A DNA stretch of 64,000 nt. Origin: Minisyncoccota bacterium (GTDB taxonomy: Bacteria; Patescibacteriota; Minisyncoccia; Phycocordibacterales; UBA1006). A program made the position numbers and the translations under genes. The notes below the pieces were generated by a model. That model had not been told where the DNA came from and searched no databases. It saw only the letters and a list, made by a program, of their open reading frames with translations. Positions 58,631 to 64,000 of the stretch are shown piece after piece; position 1 is the stretch's first letter, and every line of letters starts with the position of its first letter. The DNA lies in NCBI GenBank assembly GCA_021209525.1, contig JAJOIF010000004.1:35730-99729 (forward strand). The letters run 5' to 3'.

Positions 58631-61282
58631 TTATGCTTCGCTTCGTCTCACAAAGAATTTGCGCACTTCTTCAAAAAATATAATGGAACTCGCCACAGCA
58701 AGGGCGATAAGCCATTCATAGAATGACAAAGGTACTGTTTCAAATATTTTTTGCATAAAAGGTGTATATACTGCAAAACTTTGTAGCGCCAGTGCACCCA
58801 GTACTGCAAAGAATGTCAGCCGATGCGCAAATGGATTTACGGTGAAAACCGAGGTTGTATCTGACTGAATGGTGAGTAATCTAAAAATCTGGAAAAGTGC
58901 AAGGGTGACAAATACCATCGTACGCGCCACTTCAATACCTTGCCCAAGGTAAGCAATAAAGACAGCAAGTGTTCCTCCGGTAATAATGAGCGCGAAAAAT
59001 ACCATTCTCAAAAAGGTGGGCATATCTAAGATATATCGTGGATGTTTTTTATGAGCATCTTTATTGAGATCTTGTGTCATGCGTGGCAAAAATGCCAGCG
59101 TCATTACCAAGAAACTATCAGTCACCAAGTTGAGCCAAATAATCTGAGCAGGGATGAGCGGAATACGCATTATCACCAATACCCCAAACATAATCACGAG
59201 GAGTTCGGCAAGATTAGTTGAAAAAAGGTAAACTAAAGTCTTTTTGAGTGTTGCATAAATATGCCTCCCCTCTTCTACAGCGCGTGAAATATTACCAAAA
59301 TCATCATCAAGAAGAACAATGTCAGCTGCGTCTTTTGCTACTTCGGTACCCACAATACCCATTGCCACACCAAGATCTGCAGCAACGAGCGATGGTACGT
59401 CATTTACACCATCACCAGTCATGGCAATAATTTCTCCGCGTGCTTTGAATGCTTTGATAATACGCATTTTGTGCTGAGGAGCAACGCGCGCAAAAACCGT
59501 CACACCCACCACGCGTTCTTGTAATATTTCATCAGACATATGCGTCATATCATGACCTGTGAGTACCTTGTCGCCATCGACAAAAATACCCGCCTGCCTC
59601 GCAATTGCCTCTGCGGTAATTGCATGATCGCCTGTAATCATGACGACACGCATACCTGCATCTTTTGCTTTCTGAACGGCGAGAGGGACTTCGGGACGGA
59701 GCGCGTCTTGCATAGCAACAAATCCTACAAAGGTGACCCCATCTTCAGATGATTCAGCGAGACCAATAACACGCAATCCTTGTGTTGAGAAAAGATGCAT
59801 ATGCTCATCAAGCACACGACGCTCTGCTGGATCAAGTGGCGCGGCGCCATCACGCTTCCACACAAGAGCACTCATATCCAAAATGACTTCTGGAGCACCA
59901 ATCATAAGAGTGCGCTCTGTTCCTTGATCAGAAAATGTGGTCATCAAATATTTCTTTTCGAAATCAAAAGGAGTGTGTACGATATGATCAATACCCGAAA
60001 TACCTTTTTCTCGATCATAATTATTTTTCTTACCAAAAACAATGAGGGCGATTTCTGTAGGATCTCCTACATAGGTCACAGCGTCATCCTGATAAAAAAT
60101 CTTTGCATCAGAAGCGAGCGCAGATATCATCGTGATGTAATCAAGAGCTCTGCGATGATCTCTATCCTGAGAACCCTCAGGGCCGGTAATGGTGCCCTGA
60201 GGATTATATCCCGTACCTGAAACATTATAGAGCGTATCATCAATAAAACACTGCACTACTGATAATTCATTTTTGGTAAGTGTTCCTGTCTTATCAACAG
60301 CAATAATGGTCGCTTGCCCCAATGCTTCAACCGCTTGTAATCTCTTGACGAGCGCATTATGCTCACTCATTCTTTTGACACCTCGTGCTAGAATCAGGGT
60401 CATAACCACTGGTAATCCTTCGGGAATAACGGATACCATGAGCGACAATGCCACCAAGAACATATAAGAGACATCATTGCCGAGCAAAATACCCGCACCA
60501 AACAAGAACCCAATAGCAAGCACCACGACCACAATAATAATACGCGCCAAATTGCGCACCTGCACTTGCAGAGGTATTTCTGTGGTATTTTCTTTAATGT
60601 TTTGAGATATTTTTCCAAGCTCAGTTTCTATACCCGTAGCAACAACCACTACGTGAGCTGTTCCTTTTGCAACAGTGGTGCCACTCAGCACCATATTCAC
60701 TTGATCGGTAATCATGCGTTCCTCATTGAGTGGTAGTGTTGTATTATTTTTAGAAACAGGAAAAGACTCACCCGTGAGAAGAGCCTCACTCGTAGAAAAA
60801 TCTTTACTTTCCAAGATGCGCCCGTCAGCAGGCACCTTGTCTCCCTCGCGCAGTATAATCACATCACCAGGAACGAGCAGTGTGCTTGAAATTAAATCGT
60901 GCACACCATTACGCACCACCAATGTTTGAAAATCGGTTAATTTTTTCAGCGCAAAAAGAGCATCTTGTGCTTTTCCTTCTTGAAAGGCACCCATAAAACC
61001 ATTCAAGAGGAGCACTGCACCAATAATAATACCGTCAGTGATTTCACCAAGGAGCACGGCAATAATTGCAGCTCCCACAAGAATGTACAAGAGCGGACTC
61101 GTGAATTGACGCAAGAAGATAAAGAAATATGAATCCTTTGAAGTCTCAGGCAATGTATTCATGCCGTGTATTTCACGACGAGAGAGAACTGCCTCATCAG
61201 CAAGCCCTAATATGTTTGTTTCAAAAATTTCTAATGTTTCGTCAGGGGTGATACTACTCCAATCATGATTATAGAGAGACAT
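58631..61282 (-). CDS. P-type cation-transporting ATPase (type II, Ca2+/Mg2+-like)
   Basis: Phosphorylation motif DKTGTLT, TGES, GDGVNDVPSL hinge, 10 TM. Confidence 0.9.
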   Translation of the reverse strand: MSLYNHDWSSITPDETLEIFETNILGLADEAVLSRREIHGMNTLPETSKDSYFFIFLRQFTSPLLYILVGAAIIAVLLGEITDGIIIGAVLLLNGFMGAFQEGKAQDALFALKKLTDFQTLVVRNGVHDLISSTLLVPGDVIILREGDKVPADGRILESKDFSTSEALLTGESFPVSKNNTTLPLNEERMITDQVNMVLSGTTVAKGTAHVVVVATGIETELGKISQNIKENTTEIPLQVQVRNLARIIIVVVVLAIGFLFGAGILLGNDVSYMFLVALSLMVSVIPEGLPVVMTLILARGVKRMSEHNALVKRLQAVEALGQATIIAVDKTGTLTKNELSVVQCFIDDTLYNVSGTGYNPQGTITGPEGSQDRDHRRALDYITMISALASDAKIFYQDDAVTYVGDPTEIALIVFGKKNNYDREKGISGIDHIVHTPFDFEKKYLMTTFSDQGTERTLMIGAPEVILDMSALVWKRDGAAPLDPAERRVLDEHMHLFSTQGLRVIGLAESSEDGVTFVGFVAMQDALRPEVPLAVQKAKDAGMRVVMITGDHAITAEAIARQAGIFVDGDKVLTGHDMTHMSDEILQERVVGVTVFARVAPQHKMRIIKAFKARGEIIAMTGDGVNDVPSLVAADLGVAMGIVGTEVAKDAADIVLLDDDFGNISRAVEEGRHIYATLKKTLVYLFSTNLAELLVIMFGVLVIMRIPLIPAQIIWLNLVTDSFLVMTLAFLPRMTQDLNKDAHKKHPRYILDMPTFLRMVFFALIITGGTLAVFIAYLGQGIEVARTMVFVTLALFQIFRLLTIQSDTTSVFTVNPFAHRLTFFAVLGALALQSFAVYTPFMQKIFETVPLSFYEWLIALAVASSIIFFEEVRKFFVRRSEA

Positions 61283-61298
61283 AGGCTGCGTTTGGTGA

Positions 61299-62495
61299 TT
61301 ATATTATTTCATTGCGAGCAAAAAATGCGCGCCATGCTTTGGGTAAGGATAAAATCGACAGATAGAATTTAAAGTCAATAATATGGCGCACGAGCCATGG
61401 CAAACGTCCATAAAAAGTACGATTACCTATAACGAGTGCTGCCCAACCAGGACCCACCGGCACATCAAAAGCAACAGGACGAGGGGTGTATAGTGTTTTT
61501 TTCTTGCCCAAAACATGTGCTTCAATAGAGCGCGCAATATAGGCGCCGTCATAGAGTGCTGTTTGCGCTAAACCAGAAAAAGGCGTTGCCGCATTATCGC
61601 CAGCAATAAAAATATGCTCGTGGCCTTTGGCTTGCAAATACTCATCAACAATAACGCGCCCCTTGCCGTCAAATTCAAAATGATCGACGAGTGATTGAAA
61701 GACATTATTGGTTTTAACTCCTGCTGTCCAAATAATAGTACGCGTTCCCATATTCATGTCTTTAAGGAGTGCTGTCCATGACTTACCTTGAATCAGTGTA
61801 CGATTCGGAAGCACATTCACCCCAAGCATACGCAGGCGCTGTGTTGCACGAGCAGATACTTCTTCGGGAAAAGTAGGTAAAATACGCGAAGACGCCTGAA
61901 TGAGATTAATAGAAATAAATGATTCTGGAATATTGTGTTTTTGAGCAAGTGCGCGTGCGTAGAGCGCGAGCTCACCAGCAAGTTCCACACCAGAAGGACC
62001 AGCTCCAACGACGAGAAAATTTAAGGCAACTAATGTTTCGTCGACTTCTTCGGGGCGAGCACGCTCAAAGAGCTGATGAATATGTTTTTTAAGTTCAAGT
62101 GCTTTGTGTACGCTCTTGAAATTAAATGATACTTGCTCGAGACCTTCGATGTTGAAGTAATTCATTTCTGATCCAAGCGCAAGTACGAGCATATCGCCCA
62201 CATAGGTTTCCCCTCCTTCGCATATAACCGTTTTGGTTGCAGTATCAATACGCTCTACCGTATCATGCACGAGACGCACACGCGTATGTTCAAAAATATC
62301 CCCTAGAGGTATTTGTACGCGCATAGGAGACGAACCTGTCACCACACGATACATAGCAGGATAATATTCAAAAAAAGGATAATTACTGATGAGTGTAATC
62401 TCGATAGTGTCTGTATGGCGAAAACGGTGTGCAAGGTCAAGCGCTGTACGCACACCTGCAAATCCACCTCCGACAATAATAATATGAGTATTCAT
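61299..62495 (-). CDS. ndh: Type II NADH dehydrogenase (NDH-2) / FAD-dependent pyridine nucleotide-disulfide oxidoreductase
   Basis: Two Rossmann motifs IIIVGGGFAG and LVVGAGPSGVELAGEL. Start placed at MNTHIIIVGGG. Confidence 0.8.
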   Translation of the reverse strand: MNTHIIIVGGGFAGVRTALDLAHRFRHTDTIEITLISNYPFFEYYPAMYRVVTGSSPMRVQIPLGDIFEHTRVRLVHDTVERIDTATKTVICEGGETYVGDMLVLALGSEMNYFNIEGLEQVSFNFKSVHKALELKKHIHQLFERARPEEVDETLVALNFLVVGAGPSGVELAGELALYARALAQKHNIPESFISINLIQASSRILPTFPEEVSARATQRLRMLGVNVLPNRTLIQGKSWTALLKDMNMGTRTIIWTAGVKTNNVFQSLVDHFEFDGKGRVIVDEYLQAKGHEHIFIAGDNAATPFSGLAQTALYDGAYIARSIEAHVLGKKKTLYTPRPVAFDVPVGPGWAALVIGNRTFYGRLPWLVRHIIDFKFYLSILSLPKAWRAFFARNEII

Positions 62496-62645
62496 GGGGA
62501 CTATATTAGCATATTTTAGGGGTATTAAAAACACACCTATGCGCTTTTCCTGCACATTTTGGGTATATCTATGCTATACTAAGCATTATACACCTCGTAT
62601 ATCTTGCTTTTATGTAAGAATACTACTTGTGATGCGTCATCATAT

Positions 62646-63167
62646 ATGAACACGAATATGCCACAATACCAGGATTTTTCAGCAGCATATGACACCTATG
62701 CTGACGAGATTTTCCGATTCTGCCACTTCAAAGTGGGTAATCGTGATGATGCTCTTGATATTACCCAAGAAACATTTGCAAAAACATGGGTCTATCTCGA
62801 GAAAAACGGCACCGTACAAAATATACGCGCATTCCTCTACCAAGTAGCTCGCAATATGATTGTTGATTTCTTTCGCAAGAAAAAATCATACTCTCTAGAC
62901 GCAGTCCTTGAAGAAGGTATTGATTTTGGTTCTCATGATCATATCTCTATGATTGAGCGAACCGAAGCCCAGATATCTATTAGTATTCTCGAGCTCTTGA
63001 ACCCACTCGATCGAGAATTACTCGTACTGCGCTACGTCCAAGATATGGATATTCCTGACATTGCCCGCCTTGTTGGTCACAAAGAAAATACCGTTTCCGT
63101 CAGGATACATCGCGCACTCAAAAAAGCAAAAGAATTGATTGAAAAGAAAAACACCTATGAAACATAA
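62646..63167 (+). CDS. ECF-type sigma-70 family sigma factor
   Basis: Region 2 DITQETFAKTW and region 4 HTH MDIPDIARLVGHKENTVSVRIHRAL. Confidence 0.75.
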   Translation: MNTNMPQYQDFSAAYDTYADEIFRFCHFKVGNRDDALDITQETFAKTWVYLEKNGTVQNIRAFLYQVARNMIVDFFRKKKSYSLDAVLEEGIDFGSHDHISMIERTEAQISISILELLNPLDRELLVLRYVQDMDIPDIARLVGHKENTVSVRIHRALKKAKELIEKKNTYET

Positions 63168-64000
63168 TTTTATTACACAATTGAAAAAAGATTTTGACGC
63201 ATGGGGGCTCACCCCACTAGAAAAAGCTTCTCTCAAAAAGACGCTCTTTGAACGCATTGGCGCTTCATCATCTACACCAACACCTTCTCCGTATCATCGT
63301 ATAATGATCTTTTCAATGCGCGCATCAGTATTTGGCCTCATGATGATGCTTGGCGCAGGAGGAGGACTCACTTATGCATCTCAAAACACACTCCCTGGTG
63401 ACAGACTCTATGGATTCAAAGTACATGTCGTTGAGGAAATCAAAGAACATGTACAGCCCTCACCAGAAGCGCGTGCACGCATTGCCATTGAACGAGCGAC
63501 AGAACGCCTCGACGAAGCTCATGCACTCCTCTTGAAAGAAGAACTCACCCCAGAACATATTGAAAAAATTCACGAACTCATTACAGAAAATATCGCTACC
63601 ACACGCACTGTTCTTGCGCGTCATGACATTACACGCACCGAAAAAGCGCTTGATATTTATATGCGTATTGAGACACGTCTGCGTCCGCGCCACGAGGCAT
63701 TACGCCACGCCCAAGCATCTCTTGATTTTGGCACAGAAATAGCACTTCTTGATGATGTTGCACAACATCTTGACTATGTTATTGCTATGCAACAAGATCT
63801 CATTGAAATAGTTCCTGTACGCATTGCTGATGCATCTATTGTGCAAAACAAAGTTTCAACCATCAAAGAAAATCTTGCCCGCATAGAATCACTTATTCCC
63901 ACTTCAACAGAAGGAGGAGAACAGGAAACACCCGCTCTTGCAATGATGTCTACAGTATTCTCATCAGAATCAACAACCCAAGACACGCGAGACACCATTC
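63157..64000 (+). CDS. Anti-sigma-factor-like membrane protein (DUF5667-like), 5' partial. Overlaps the sigma stop by 11 nt and runs off the window
   Basis: Read manually: MKHNFITQLKKDFDAWGLTPLEK...IMIFSMRASVFGLMMMLGAGGG (TM) then a helical domain. Open to position 64000. Confidence 0.5.
   Translation, partial: MKHNFITQLKKDFDAWGLTPLEKASLKKTLFERIGASSSTPTPSPYHRIMIFSMRASVFGLMMMLGAGGGLTYASQNTLPGDRLYGFKVHVVEEIKEHVQPSPEARARIAIERATERLDEAHALLLKEELTPEHIEKIHELITENIATTRTVLARHDITRTEKALDIYMRIETRLRPRHEALRHAQASLDFGTEIALLDDVAQHLDYVIAMQQDLIEIVPVRIADASIVQNKVSTIKENLARIESLIPTSTEGGEQETPALAMMSTVFSSESTTQDTRDTI

Overview
This 64 kb window reads as a low-GC Patescibacteria/CPR-like chromosome segment. Gene order, start choice, spacing and terminators were inferred by eye from the sequence and the six-frame ORF track; nothing was computed or searched.

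Ordinary core genes:
- A four-tRNA cluster (Cys, Leu-TAG, Lys-CTT, Leu-TAA).
- gyrA, rpsA, pth, a stand-alone 16S rRNA, LOG, a MazF-like toxin, MGMT, tRNA-Gln, dnaX, dus, serS, dprA, topA, a Kef-type antiporter, tsaC, ung, a frameshifted ychF, a P-type ATPase, NDH-2, and two ECF sigma modules.

Accessory regions worth a second look:
1. 2.9-8.1 kb: a minus-strand operon of five paralogous secreted proteins. All share a C-terminal double-transmembrane 'pilin-like' hairpin. One is a 697-aa protein with 51-bp tandem repeats, and a membrane-anchored solute-binding-like protein heads the operon. I could not place this surface-appendage-like locus in a known family.
2. 18-28 kb: a type I R-M operon (hsdM...hsdS...hsdR, with radC upstream) carrying three embedded genes. 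A 75-bp duplication of the hsdS 5' end brackets the NYN-nuclease insertion.
3. 29-32.3 kb: a four-gene operon headed by a LexA/CI-like S24 autopeptidase repressor, followed by an unknown 303-aa protein, a Pol-beta/SMODS-type (CD-NTase-like) nucleotidyltransferase and a 2TM+beta-rich effector. This is a CBASS-like module with an unusual single-protein SOS-type regulator and an uncharacterised partner gene.
4. 32.3-37.7 kb: a prophage/island remnant (ParB-methyltransferase, terminase small and large subunits, large serine recombinase with no canonical start codon). An unclassified ~180-nt GC-rich structured RNA candidate lies at its left edge.

Other observations:
- A duplicated 70-bp palindromic leader in front of an NfeD-like/SPFH gene pair.
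- tRNA-Leu 3'-end scar repeats.
- An A8-homopolymer frameshift in ychF.
- An ECF-sigma/MacAB-like efflux operon bracketed by paralogous DUF5666-like secreted proteins.
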